From positions 32,001-96,000 of the forward strand of contig JBFWJC010000001.1 of NCBI GenBank assembly GCA_050253415.1: a stretch of DNA of 64,000 nt, written 5' to 3'. Shown here piece after piece: positions 8,573 to 18,217 of the stretch (position 1 is its first letter; every line of letters begins with the position of its first letter). The DNA comes from Pedobacter sp. GTDB taxonomy: Bacteria > Desulfobacterota > Desulfuromonadia > Desulfuromonadales > Syntrophotaleaceae. A program made the translations under genes and the position numbers. Below the pieces are notes generated by a model. The model was not told the DNA's origin, made no database searches, and saw only the letters and a list, made by a program, of their open reading frames with translations.

Positions 8573-9451
8573 ATGGATTTACCGGAGCATGTTATTGAAG
8601 CCCTGAACCGTGGCAACAAGATCGAGGCGATCAAGCGCCTGCGGGAGTTCCGGGGTATGGGCCTCGCAGAAGCCAAGCAGGCGATTGAGACCTGGCAGAA
8701 AACCGGGGCCGCAACCTCTTCGAGCCCCGGCCATGGCCATCCGCAAACACGGTCGTTACCGGAAGATGTGGTTGCTTCGCTGCTTGCAGGCAACAAGATC
8801 GAAGCGATCAAGCGCCTGCGCAAGACACAGTCGCTAGGGCTCAAGGATGCCAAGAATACGGTTGAAGCGTGGCTCGCCGGACAGTCGGACCTTGCAGCCG
8901 TCCCCGGTAAAGGGGCCAGACGCGCTCCGCAGCCAAACCTTTTGCTGGCTTTGGCGGTCATCGTGACATTTGCCTGGATGTTTATTCACCTGATTGACGT
9001 GGCGGGCGCCATTATCGTCCTGAGCCATCAAAATGGTTACCGGCAGGGCATCTTCAGCGTTGAAAAACTCCGATACGACACCGATGGCGAAGGCGGGCGG
9101 ATGTGGGGGTTCGAGGGGCAGGTGGCCGGACGGCATGAGCGCTATTACGCGCCGTCCCTTGCCGATGCGGATACCTTGGAATATGCCGGTCTGCGCCGAC
9201 GGTTTCCCCCCGGAACGCAACTGACGGTCTGGTACAACCCCAGAGTGACCAAAATCCTGTTTCAGGGGCGCAGCCTGGGCGTCCTGCCGTTTTCTGAGAA
9301 TCTGGCCGCGACTGAAATCGCGCGTCTGCAGTGGTGGAGCGTTTACTGTCTGCTGCCTTTCGTGCTGGTCCTCGGGTTCGCCGCAAGGATAAAAAAACGG
9401 CCCCAACAACCGAATGCCGAAAACGGCCGGCCGCTGGTGCCGGGGGTATAG
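8573..9451 (+). CDS. Membrane protein with two tandem ribosomal L7/L12 C-terminal-like domains
   Basis: Two copies of LPE.V...L..GNKIEAIKRLR....GL..AK..E.W, then a TM helix, a soluble domain and a C-terminal TM; GGGAG RBS. Confidence 0.7.
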   Translation: MDLPEHVIEALNRGNKIEAIKRLREFRGMGLAEAKQAIETWQKTGAATSSSPGHGHPQTRSLPEDVVASLLAGNKIEAIKRLRKTQSLGLKDAKNTVEAWLAGQSDLAAVPGKGARRAPQPNLLLALAVIVTFAWMFIHLIDVAGAIIVLSHQNGYRQGIFSVEKLRYDTDGEGGRMWGFEGQVAGRHERYYAPSLADADTLEYAGLRRRFPPGTQLTVWYNPRVTKILFQGRSLGVLPFSENLAATEIARLQWWSVYCLLPFVLVLGFAARIKKRPQQPNAENGRPLVPGV

Positions 9452-9566
9452 GCTTCTAAGGCCGGGACATGGCCTTCAGCCGACAACCGCAGCCTTTTTC
9501 ATGAGGGTAGAAAAAAACCTATTGGAAGGTGCGTAGCATTTAACCGGAGATTTGGACCGGAAAGAT

Positions 9567-9600
9567 AAAAAGGGGGCGGCCAATAAGGCCGCCCCCTTTG
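9567..9600. terminator. Intrinsic terminator hairpin
   Basis: AAAA-AGGGGGCGGCC-AATAA-GGCCGCCCCCT-TTG. Confidence 0.75.
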
Positions 9601-9632
9601 CAAAAGAAATAAAAGGCCACCGGCCCGCTCCA

Positions 9633-9737
9633 TCAATCGTCTGACATCTCCTGCTCGAAGGTTCCGAAGGAGTAATCAAAAATCTCCATAAATTCGAGTC
9701 TCTGTGTTGAACTCCCGGAATTACCAACGATGGCGTA
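9633..9737 (-). pseudogene. Diverged copy of the 3' end of the phosphate transporter gene (15344-15451)
   Basis: Translates YAIVGNSGSSTQRLEFMEIFDYSFGTFEQEMSDD* versus YAIVGNAMMLSKQSLELLEIFDHSFGTFEQEMADD* in the intact gene. Confidence 0.9.
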
Positions 9738-9771
9738 TCAGACGTAGGAACGCATCGGTTTTTACAAAATA

Positions 9772-9981
9772 TCAGGCGCTATAAAAGAAGGTTACATACA
9801 CATAACCTGCCGTCATCAGGACGAAAAAAACCATCCCGGCCCAGCTGAGGGTTTTCAGGAATCTACCGGGACGATCTTTTTCCGGCACGTTAGAACCGTT
9901 CATGACTTTATAATTAATACCGGCCAGAATCGGTGAGGTAACGAAAGATATCACCGCGGCGAAGGTCAGAAGCTGGAATTG
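9772..9981 (-). pseudogene. Orphan C-terminal fragment of an Nramp-family divalent metal transporter
   Basis: LLTFAAVISFVTSPILAGINYKVM....VP...RPGRFLKTLSWAG resembles the last two TMs of Nramp-like proteins; no credible N-terminus. Confidence 0.6.
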
Positions 9982-10058
9982 GCCGATTCCGCGATGACCA
10001 TCAAGGGGCGAATCAAGACCTCGCCGATCCGCCTGCCGCCCCTTGATTGCGGACATTT

Positions 10059-11906
10059 TCATAACGGCCAGATCCACAGCAGCATCGGAAGACTGACGAC
10101 GATCACCAGAATTTCCATCGGCAGTCCCAAGCGCCAGTAATCGCCGAAACGAAACCCGCCGGGACCCAGAATCAAGGTATTGTTTTGATGCCCGATGGGA
10201 GTTAAAAATGCGCAGGAGGCACCGATGGCCACCGCCATGAGAAAGGAATCCGCGCTGACTCCTAGTTGTGCGGCAGTACTGATGGAGATCGGGCACATGA
10301 CCGCAGCGGTAGCGGCATTATTCATGAAATCCGACAGGGTCATGGTAACGATCAGAATCAGTGCCAAAGCAGCAACCGGATACCCCTGGGCGAAATTTTT
10401 CAGTAATCCCCGGGCCAGCAGATCAGCGGCACCGCTCGAAGCCATGGCCTCGGCGACGGGAAATAGCGCTCCTAATAAAATGATGACCGGCCAATCGATG
10501 GCTTCATAAACCATGCGCGGCGGCATGATGCGCAACACCATGAAAGCCAGTACCCCCGAAGCAAAGGCCACAGCAGCGGGCAACAGACCGAAGGCCGCAG
10601 CGCCAATCGCTAGCCCCATGATAAGCACCGCCAGGGTAGCGCGACCTTTGACAGGCAGACTGATGGCACGCTTTGCCAGCGGCACGCAGGCATAGGTGGA
10701 CGTAAATCCGGACAAGCCCGCCTGTGAACCTTGCATCAGCAATACATCTCCCGCCTGAATCGAGGCACTCCGCAAACGCTGGATGGACCGCCGCCCCTGG
10801 CGTGAAATGGCCAGCAGGTTGAGGCCATAACGGGTGCGCAGCTGAATAGCGGCGGCAGAGCGGCCGATCAAACCCGAAGTCGGCATGACAACCAGCTCTT
10901 GCAGCTCGATTTCACCTCCCTGAGAATCTTTTTCTTCATTCGACTTTATTTCGTCCGGTTCCCCTTCGGGACGATCCGAAACGATCGATTCATCCTTATC
11001 CTCTTTTGCCTGTACGGGGACCTCTTCCTCCAGCTTCAGGCCGAGGCTCGACAAAACATCGGCAAGGGACTCGGGTTCGGCCTCGATTACGAGGATGTCT
11101 CCCTCGCGCAGCAGCCTGGTGGGATTGGGCGCCGAGATGCGAAAATCGTTGCGCACCATGCCAACCACCTGGGCATCAGCCTCCTCCATGGTACTTTCAA
11201 CTTCATGCAGCGTCTTACCCGCGGCCTTGGCTCCGGGGGTGACACGGACTTCGGTAAAATAGGTGCCGGTGTCGAAGGTTGCAGCCCCGGCCGCCTCGCG
11301 CGAAGGGACCAACCGCCAGCCCACCAAGACGGCAAAAACAATGCCTGCCCCGGCAACCGCAGCGCCGACCGGCGTAAAATCGAACATGCCAAACCCACCC
11401 AACCCGGTTTCGGCTCGGAAACCCGCAACGATAAGGTTGGGCGGAGTACCTATCAGGGTCGTCATGCCACCGAGGATCGTTCCAAAAGACAAGGGCATCA
11501 GCGCCCTGCCGGGGGGAACCTCAAGTCTGTTTGCAACTTGCACCGCCACCGGCATCAGCAACGCCATGGCACCGACATTGTTCATAAAACCGGAAAGAAT
11601 CGCACCCAGCAGGATGAGTGCTCCGATACTAGGCGTCATACCCGCCGATTTGGGTAATACACGCTGGATCAGCGCATCTACCGCGCCGGTAGCCTGCAAT
11701 CCCGCACTCAGCACCAGCACACAGGCAACGGTTATCACCGCCGGATGTCCCAGGCCAACGAAAGCCCTCTCAACCGGCACCAAACCCGCAAACACACAGG
11801 CCAACAGTGAAGCCATGGCCACCATGTCGTGACGCCAACGCCCCCACATAAACAGACTGATCGTCCCTGCGAGAATCACAAAAATGACCACTTGGTCGTT
11901 GATCAT
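10059..11906 (-). CDS. SLC13-family permease with TrkA-C (RCK-C) domains
   Basis: SGFMNNVG, GGMTTLIGTPPN, two central TrkA-C-like repeats, FMNNAA, FLTPIGHQNN..I.GPGG.RFGDYWRLG. Confidence 0.92.
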   Translation of the reverse strand: MINDQVVIFVILAGTISLFMWGRWRHDMVAMASLLACVFAGLVPVERAFVGLGHPAVITVACVLVLSAGLQATGAVDALIQRVLPKSAGMTPSIGALILLGAILSGFMNNVGAMALLMPVAVQVANRLEVPPGRALMPLSFGTILGGMTTLIGTPPNLIVAGFRAETGLGGFGMFDFTPVGAAVAGAGIVFAVLVGWRLVPSREAAGAATFDTGTYFTEVRVTPGAKAAGKTLHEVESTMEEADAQVVGMVRNDFRISAPNPTRLLREGDILVIEAEPESLADVLSSLGLKLEEEVPVQAKEDKDESIVSDRPEGEPDEIKSNEEKDSQGGEIELQELVVMPTSGLIGRSAAAIQLRTRYGLNLLAISRQGRRSIQRLRSASIQAGDVLLMQGSQAGLSGFTSTYACVPLAKRAISLPVKGRATLAVLIMGLAIGAAAFGLLPAAVAFASGVLAFMVLRIMPPRMVYEAIDWPVIILLGALFPVAEAMASSGAADLLARGLLKNFAQGYPVAALALILIVTMTLSDFMNNAATAAVMCPISISTAAQLGVSADSFLMAVAIGASCAFLTPIGHQNNTLILGPGGFRFGDYWRLGLPMEILVIVVSLPMLLWIWPL

Positions 11907-12218
11907 AGAGGGTTCTCCACGCCGCTATGGCAGTGACATGCCTACAAAGTATCTATTAACAATACGACTTTATTTTAACTGGTCATGTGCCTGACGCATT
12001 TTTCATCGCGATTTGCATCACTCGTAAGAAGTATATCTGACGGGGGAGGTTGTTTCGAGATGAAGGAAAATCGAGTCCGGATTATTGTGCGATAAACAGG
12101 CCAATACACCCCGGGATTGCGACCGACCGACGTTGAACCATGGACCGCTCTGTCAATAATACATTTCACTGGTAAAGTACATAGAGAGGGATTTAACCCG
12201 GAGCGAAGGAGGATGCCA

Positions 12219-13061
12219 ATGCCTTGGGAAGCGGAGTTCTGGACCGAACACTTTCACGAGATGCTGGTTACCGACGTGGTGCGTTGGTTGCCCGTGCTGG
12301 GGGTGGCGCTGGTGTTGCTGCTTTTCGGCTGGCTGGCGGCCCGTCTGGCCCAGTTCGTTATCAAAGGAATATTAAAGCGTCTCGGTCTGGACCGTCTCGG
12401 CGAAAAGTCAGGTGCGGCGCGACTGCTGGATGACCTGGACCTCGGCACTTCCGTGTCGCAGTTGGTGGCCCGACTGGTTTACTGGTTGGTACTGCTGGTG
12501 TTCGTGCTTGCGGCGACGGAGAGCCTCGGCCTGCAGGGGATAAGCACCACATTGCAAGGCCTGGTCGACTATCTGCCCAGTGTGCTGGCGGCCATGCTGA
12601 TCCTGTTGTTCGGCGGTCTGATCGCCCGGCTGGTAGGTACAACCCTGGGCGCCTTGGCAGACCGGTCAGGCATTCGGGGAGGATTGGCTTTGGGGCAAGT
12701 GACCCGCTATGTCATTTTAGTCTTCGTGGTCGTATTGGCCCTGGAACAGCTGGGAGTGGAAACCACCTTGCTGGTAAATCTGGCCACCGTGCTGATAACC
12801 GCCATACTTCTGGCACTGGCCGTGGCCTTCGGCTGGGGGAGTCGAGAACTGGCCAGGAACATCATGGCCGGGTTTCATCTGCGGGAAAGCTTCGTGGTCG
12901 GCCAGAGGTTGCAGGTGCGAGGTCATCGCGGTCAATTGCTGGTCATCGGTCCGGTCAAAGCCCTCCTCGACACCGAAGCCGGTCGGGTGTCGCTGCCCAA
13001 TAGCGTTCTCATTGAGGAAGAGGTGCTGATCATGCCGGAAGAAGGATCTGAAGGGTCATGA
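12219..13061 (+). CDS. MscS-like small-conductance mechanosensitive channel protein with TM-helix repeats
   Basis: Repeated LP.VL.A..LL..GW..AR helices; ALEQLG; ALAVAFGWG..ELARNIMAG; VSLPNS; AAGGAGG RBS. Confidence 0.8.
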   Translation: MPWEAEFWTEHFHEMLVTDVVRWLPVLGVALVLLLFGWLAARLAQFVIKGILKRLGLDRLGEKSGAARLLDDLDLGTSVSQLVARLVYWLVLLVFVLAATESLGLQGISTTLQGLVDYLPSVLAAMLILLFGGLIARLVGTTLGALADRSGIRGGLALGQVTRYVILVFVVVLALEQLGVETTLLVNLATVLITAILLALAVAFGWGSRELARNIMAGFHLRESFVVGQRLQVRGHRGQLLVIGPVKALLDTEAGRVSLPNSVLIEEEVLIMPEEGSEGS

Positions 13062-14773
13062 CGGAGCGTCATATCCAGGTACGGGACTATGTGGACGGTA
13101 AACTTACCGGCCAGGCGGCCAGGGAAGCCGAGGCACATCTGCTGCGGTGCGGACGCTGCCGACAGGCGGTGGATACAATGCAGCGGCACCGGGGTAAGAA
13201 TGCCGCTCGCGTTCTGGGACGCTTCGTAAGGGGTTTGCTGCGCGGGGAACTTGTCCTTGTCGAACCGCTGCTGACCAAGCTGCATCTGGCTGTCCGCCCC
13301 CGGGCGGAGGAAAGCAAGGGACTGAACGAACCTCTGCGGGTGCTGCGCCCACTGCTACTCAGCGGCGTCGGCAGGGTATGGCGTTTTGTCGGACGTTTTG
13401 GTCTGGTGCTGGCCATGACCGGCGGCGTACTGCTGCTGCCCCTCCCCGAAGGGCTGTCCGTCGCCGGGCAGCGCGGTCTGGCCGCTTTCATCTTCACCGC
13501 CGGGGTATTGGCTCTGGAACCGGTTTCCCTGCCCATCGCCGCCCTTATGGTGCCGGTCGCCCAGGTGATCCTGGGAATTGCCACCACCCCCCAGTCTTTT
13601 GAGACATTTTCCCGTCCGGTGGTGTTTCTGATCCTGGCCAGTCTGTTTCTGGCTGAAGCACTGCGCAAGCACGGCCTGACAAGGCGGCTGGCTCTGGCTA
13701 CCATTGTCGCTTCGGGGGGCGGCACCGGCATGCTGCTGCTGGGATTGATGAGCATTTCCGCCCTATTTTCCATGTGGGTGGGCAATACCGCCACCGCTGC
13801 CATGCTGATCCCCGTCGCCATGACCATCTCACGGCAGGTTGAATTCAAGGATGAAGCCTCCGACCTGCTGGCACTGCTCGCCCTCGGCATTGCCTACAGC
13901 GCCAGCCTAGGAGGCATGGTCACCATCCTGGGTGCCGCTGCCAACGCCGTAGCCTCGGGTTTTTTGAGCCAGATCATGCCTTGGACGTTTCTCGACTGGC
14001 TGAAATACGGCCTGCCGGCTTTTATGGTTATTTTTCCCCTGACCTGGTTTCTGCTCTACAAATTCATGCCGATAACCGTCGCCCGTCTCGACGTGGACCC
14101 GGCGCGCCAGCAGGTAAGGGAAATGGGCCCCATGAGCCGCGTGGAGGTGGAGATTCTGGTGATGCTGCTGGTCACCGCCTGCCTATGGGTCGGAGGCCCC
14201 TTCCTGGAAACCGCTCTGGGACTTCCGCATACGCTTTTTTCTGCAGCGCTGGTGGCCGTGATGGCGGTATGTTACCTGGCAATCCGGGAAATCATCGATT
14301 GGGAAGACCTCAAAGGCATCAGCTGGGGAATCTTTCTGATTATCGGTGCCGGTCTGAGTCTGGGGGAAGCCCTGGTCCGCACCGGCGTCACCGAATGGTT
14401 TGCACTTTTGATTCGTCCGTTGGTGACCGGCCCGTCGCTGCTCATCACCCTGATGTCACTGGTAACAATTTCCGCCTTGCTCACCAACTTGCTGAACAAC
14501 ACCACCATCGCCGCGGTGTTCGTGCCGGTGCTGATCGCCCTGGCACGAGACAATCCATCCCTGGATCCGGTGCTGCTTGTTTTGTCCGTAACCCTGGCGA
14601 CCACATTTGGCTACTCTCTTCCGTCAGCTTCCGGACGCATGGCCCTGGTGTCCGCCACCGGTATCGTATCGCGAGGCACCATGCTGCGTTACGGGCTGCT
14701 CATGACTCTGGTCAGTTCTCTGGTGCTGGCGGGGTTGTTCTACCTGTTTGCCCGGATCGGGTTTATTGGGTAA
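13058..14773 (+). CDS. DASS-family Na+/anion symporter with N-terminal zf-HC2-type zinc finger
   Basis: YVDGKL....AEAHLLRCGRC (HxxxCxxC) followed by DASS motifs SMWVGNTATAAM, ASLGG..T..G..AN and TNLLNNT; ATGA overlap with the upstream gene. Confidence 0.85.
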   Translation: MTERHIQVRDYVDGKLTGQAAREAEAHLLRCGRCRQAVDTMQRHRGKNAARVLGRFVRGLLRGELVLVEPLLTKLHLAVRPRAEESKGLNEPLRVLRPLLLSGVGRVWRFVGRFGLVLAMTGGVLLLPLPEGLSVAGQRGLAAFIFTAGVLALEPVSLPIAALMVPVAQVILGIATTPQSFETFSRPVVFLILASLFLAEALRKHGLTRRLALATIVASGGGTGMLLLGLMSISALFSMWVGNTATAAMLIPVAMTISRQVEFKDEASDLLALLALGIAYSASLGGMVTILGAAANAVASGFLSQIMPWTFLDWLKYGLPAFMVIFPLTWFLLYKFMPITVARLDVDPARQQVREMGPMSRVEVEILVMLLVTACLWVGGPFLETALGLPHTLFSAALVAVMAVCYLAIREIIDWEDLKGISWGIFLIIGAGLSLGEALVRTGVTEWFALLIRPLVTGPSLLITLMSLVTISALLTNLLNNTTIAAVFVPVLIALARDNPSLDPVLLVLSVTLATTFGYSLPSASGRMALVSATGIVSRGTMLRYGLLMTLVSSLVLAGLFYLFARIGFIG

Positions 14774-14833
14774 GTCTAAGGTGCAAGGTGAGGGGGGCAG
14801 ATATCACAGATCGGGAAGTTGAAAGGAGGAACA

Positions 14834-15178
14834 ATGCGAATTCTGGTGATCGGCGCCGGTCGTACCGGAGCCAACGTGCTTAAACAACTGCGCAAAAATC
14901 CTCTTATCGAGATCATTACCGCCGATCCCCGCAAAGAGCACTACGCTGTGGATGAAGGGATTATCGATCAGGTGGATATTCACGAAGTGCTGACGCCGTT
15001 GACCCTGGAGACGGTACTGGAACAGGCTCAGCCCGACCTGGTACTGCTGGCCATGGCCACCGAGGACATGGGACTCGGCAAAGCCCCGGGCATGGACATC
15101 CTGGCCGGTGCTCTAAAGGAAGAACTCTGTGCCCTGAGTAAGGTGCCGGTGATAGAGGTGGCGCGGGTGCGAAGGTAA
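14834..15178 (+). CDS. Stand-alone NAD-binding (TrkA-N/RCK-N-like) protein
   Basis: MRILVIGAGRTG Rossmann motif, 114 aa, AGGAGG RBS. Confidence 0.7.
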   Translation: MRILVIGAGRTGANVLKQLRKNPLIEIITADPRKEHYAVDEGIIDQVDIHEVLTPLTLETVLEQAQPDLVLLAMATEDMGLGKAPGMDILAGALKEELCALSKVPVIEVARVRR

Positions 15179-15283
15179 AAGTTGCGTTCAAGGCGGGCGG
15201 CTGCCCGGCCCTTTTTCCACAGAGGGTCCTGTCGGCCTGGGTAAACCGGCGAACCTCCGGACGAATTGAAACGAAAAACAACA

Positions 15284-15306
15284 AGGGCGGCCGCTGTGGC
15301 CGCCCT
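15284..15306. terminator. Terminator-like hairpin downstream of the phosphate transporter
   Basis: AGGGCGGCC-GCTGT-GGCCGCCCT with an A-rich left flank (U-rich on the minus strand). Confidence 0.6.
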
Positions 15307-15343
15307 ATGTTAAAAAAAACTCCGCGAATCGCCTGCCCTACCT

Positions 15344-17602
15344 CTAATCGTCCGCCATCTCCTGCTCGAAGGTTCCGAAGGAGTGATCGAAAATCTCCAG
15401 CAGTTCGAGGCTCTGCTTCGACAGCATCATCGCATTGCCGACAATGGCGTAGTAAAGAATGCTCAGACGAGTCTTACAGGTATTGTCGTAAATCCGCGTA
15501 ACCTGGGTAGCGTTCAATTCAGCGGCCAGCGCCCGCAATTGCGCATCTTTGGCTATCAGCCGGTCGAGATTGGCGGTTTGCTTGCGGCTGAAGGTTTCCT
15601 CCACCTCCAGCAGGATTTCGTGCAGCAACTGACGGACCTGCTCCAGCTCTTGAATCTGCACCGGCAGCAACCCTTTGTGGTGGTTGCCGACATGGGTGTA
15701 GGCACGCAAGACGATATCCCGATAACCGTCGTTGAGTTTCTGCAGGCGACGGATGGTCTGGGCATACTTGTGTGAAACCGCCAGCCCTTTCTGGTCAAGC
15801 AAACGCATCGCCTTGAAAACATTGGCGCTGATGATGTTCGCCCACTGCTGAACCTTCTTGAGGTTTTTCCGCTCCACCCCAAGACGGTCGAAACTCTGCC
15901 GGAACAGCGCATCGAGGGCAACATCGAGGGATACGCGAATCTCCTTGAGCAGGAAACTCATATGTTCAAAGGTGGTCTCGACACCGGCACCCGGATCGGC
16001 TACCGACTTGAGGTTAAAGACCTTTTCCCTCTGGGCATCTTCCGCCATGGCCTTGTGCTTGCGGTGCGCATTCCACATCAGCGTCCCGGCCAGGGCCAGC
16101 AGGATGATCACACCCAGCACCTTTCCGTAGAAAATGACGGTGGCGAACAGAGCCGCAAAGGTGAAAGCAATGATCGCGGTCATGAACCAGCCGCCGATGA
16201 CGGCCAACACCCCGGTGACGCGATAGACGGCGCTTTCGCGCCCCCAGGCCCGGTCGGCGAAGGAGCTGCCCATAGCGACCATGAACGTCACATAGGTGGT
16301 CGAAAGGGGGAGTTTATTGGCGGTAGCGAAAGAAACCACAGCGCTGGCCACCATCAGGTTGACCGAGGCGCGCAGCAGATCGAAGGACGGTTTTTGCCCC
16401 TCGGCCGTCGCCGAAGAAACCACGCTGGGGTCAAGACGGTGGCTGATCCAGGTGCGCACCCCCTGGGGGATGATAAGCCTGGCCGTCTCGAACAGATGCA
16501 GGACCAACCGTACCAGAGCTCTTGAAATGAAGATCGATTCGAAACGCTCGTTGCCTTCTTCCTGCTGGCTGAGTCGAAGTTCTGTCTCGGTGACGGTTCT
16601 GGCCTTTTTGGACAGCCACAGGGTAGCGACCATGATCGCCCCGGCCAGTAGCAGCAGGGCCGTCTGCGACTGCACCTTTTCACCGAGCACGCCCATGGTG
16701 GCCGTGAGCGGATCAGCTGTTGCCATGGCCGCCTTGAACGCATTCAGCCCGGCCAGAGGTACACCGATAAAGTTTACCAGGTCGTTGGCGGCAAAGGCCA
16801 TCGCCAGGGCAAAGGTACCGACCAGCACGATCGGTTTCAGGATATTGACCTTCATCAGCTGCAGGATCTGCAGCAAAATGGCGGATGCGACAAAAATGAT
16901 CAGCAGCAGCAGAACCGTGTGGGATTTGATCCAGGCAGCGTTCTGCGCCGAGATGAAGGAAGCCCCCTTGGCTCCCTTGACCAAAATGAAATAGTTGATC
17001 GATGACAGCGCCACCCCGCCCCAAAGCGCACCGTAACGCTTGATCCGGCGCTGGTAGTCAAACGTAAACAGCAACCGGGTGAAAAACTGGATCACGGCTC
17101 CGCAGACAAAGGAGATCGCTACCGATAGCAGAATCCCCATGATGATGGTGATTGCCTTGGCCGAGTTGATGTACTGAACAACCGTTACCAGGCTGTCGCC
17201 GGCCTGCATGACCTTAAGCATCGATAGGGCCACGGCGGCGCCGAGCAATTCGAACACGACCGAGACGGTAGTGGAAGTGGGCAGCCCGTAGGTATTAAAC
17301 AGATCCAGCAGCAGAATATCGGTGATCATGACGGCCAGAAAGATCGTCAAAAGCTCCGGCATGGTAAAGAACTGGGGATGAAAAATACCTTTGCGTGCTA
17401 CCTCCATCATACCGCTGGAAAAGGTCACCCCGGCCATGATCCCGACGCTGGCGATGACCATGATGGTGGCTCGCGACGCAACCCGCGAACCGATGGATGA
17501 ATTGAGAAAATTGACCGCATCGTTGCTCACCCCGACCAGGATGTCGAGGACTGCGATGATACCGAGAATGATAACCCCGGCGAGAAGAATCTCACTGCTC
17601 AT
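15344..17602 (-). CDS. Inorganic phosphate transporter (PiT/PHO4 family) with C-terminal helical PhoU-like extension
   Basis: GVSNDAVN, GLPTSTT, AFAANDLVN and LPLSTTY signatures; long soluble helical C-terminus. Confidence 0.9.
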   Translation of the reverse strand: MSSEILLAGVIILGIIAVLDILVGVSNDAVNFLNSSIGSRVASRATIMVIASVGIMAGVTFSSGMMEVARKGIFHPQFFTMPELLTIFLAVMITDILLLDLFNTYGLPTSTTVSVVFELLGAAVALSMLKVMQAGDSLVTVVQYINSAKAITIIMGILLSVAISFVCGAVIQFFTRLLFTFDYQRRIKRYGALWGGVALSSINYFILVKGAKGASFISAQNAAWIKSHTVLLLLIIFVASAILLQILQLMKVNILKPIVLVGTFALAMAFAANDLVNFIGVPLAGLNAFKAAMATADPLTATMGVLGEKVQSQTALLLLAGAIMVATLWLSKKARTVTETELRLSQQEEGNERFESIFISRALVRLVLHLFETARLIIPQGVRTWISHRLDPSVVSSATAEGQKPSFDLLRASVNLMVASAVVSFATANKLPLSTTYVTFMVAMGSSFADRAWGRESAVYRVTGVLAVIGGWFMTAIIAFTFAALFATVIFYGKVLGVIILLALAGTLMWNAHRKHKAMAEDAQREKVFNLKSVADPGAGVETTFEHMSFLLKEIRVSLDVALDALFRQSFDRLGVERKNLKKVQQWANIISANVFKAMRLLDQKGLAVSHKYAQTIRRLQKLNDGYRDIVLRAYTHVGNHHKGLLPVQIQELEQVRQLLHEILLEVEETFSRKQTANLDRLIAKDAQLRALAAELNATQVTRIYDNTCKTRLSILYYAIVGNAMMLSKQSLELLEIFDHSFGTFEQEMADD

Positions 17603-17880
17603 GATGTTATCTAATCCTTTCCACCTCGGCCCTGTCTTTATCCCCTTCGCCAAAGGCTATATCAAACATACCAAGAGGCGACGGGATGAAAAGGGACCGG
17701 TTGTGTTTTCTGTCTTCGTACGACGGATTCCGGTTCACCGACAACCTTTTCCCGCAAAAAACCGGGCAGCCCCGTAAGGGTCTGTCCGGCTACGGTTGTG
17801 TCTGCTCCACCGAGTAATATCTACACAAACTCCATTGATTCGGACCTTCGAAAAAATGCCCGCACCATATATCAGGGGAA

Positions 17881-17908
17881 TGTTAGGTTTGTGTTAGCGC
17901 GAAATTAA
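17881..17908 (-). promoter_or_regulatory. Putative Pho-box-like direct repeats upstream of the phosphate transporter
   Basis: Minus strand TTAATT-N5-CTAACA-N5-CTAACA; the 11-bp period is typical of PhoB/OmpR-family sites. Confidence 0.55.
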
Positions 17909-18148
17909 ATTTTATTTGTTGCGGATGTCATGAAGACCGACAACCAAAATTTTTCGGGATTATTTCATACTCCTGCAAATAGTTCTATTGAAACAAGCTC
18001 GCTGGCTACTCTAAGTAGTCGGCAACGACAGAATGCCGATATCGCGACACTCATGATCCACGGTGAAAGGATCCTCTCCCTCCGCCTTGACCGGGTACTG
18101 GAAGGTGATGAGATCATCTTTTACGGTTGTATTTACCACAAGCCCCTC

Positions 18149-18178
18149 TTGACAGATATCGAAAATAAAGGGTATAAG
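18149..18178 (+). promoter_or_regulatory. Sigma70 promoter of the ArsR/SmtB regulator
   Basis: TTGACA-N18-TATAAG. Confidence 0.6.
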
Positions 18179-18217
18179 CAAAAAACGCTTGAATGACTAC
18201 TCACACGATCAGGAATC

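Noticed and set aside
10000..10047. 11-bp inverted repeat ATCAAGGGGCG...CGCCCCTTGAT as a possible MITE
   Set aside because: Single copy seen, no target duplication; more simply a 3' hairpin of the SLC13 gene
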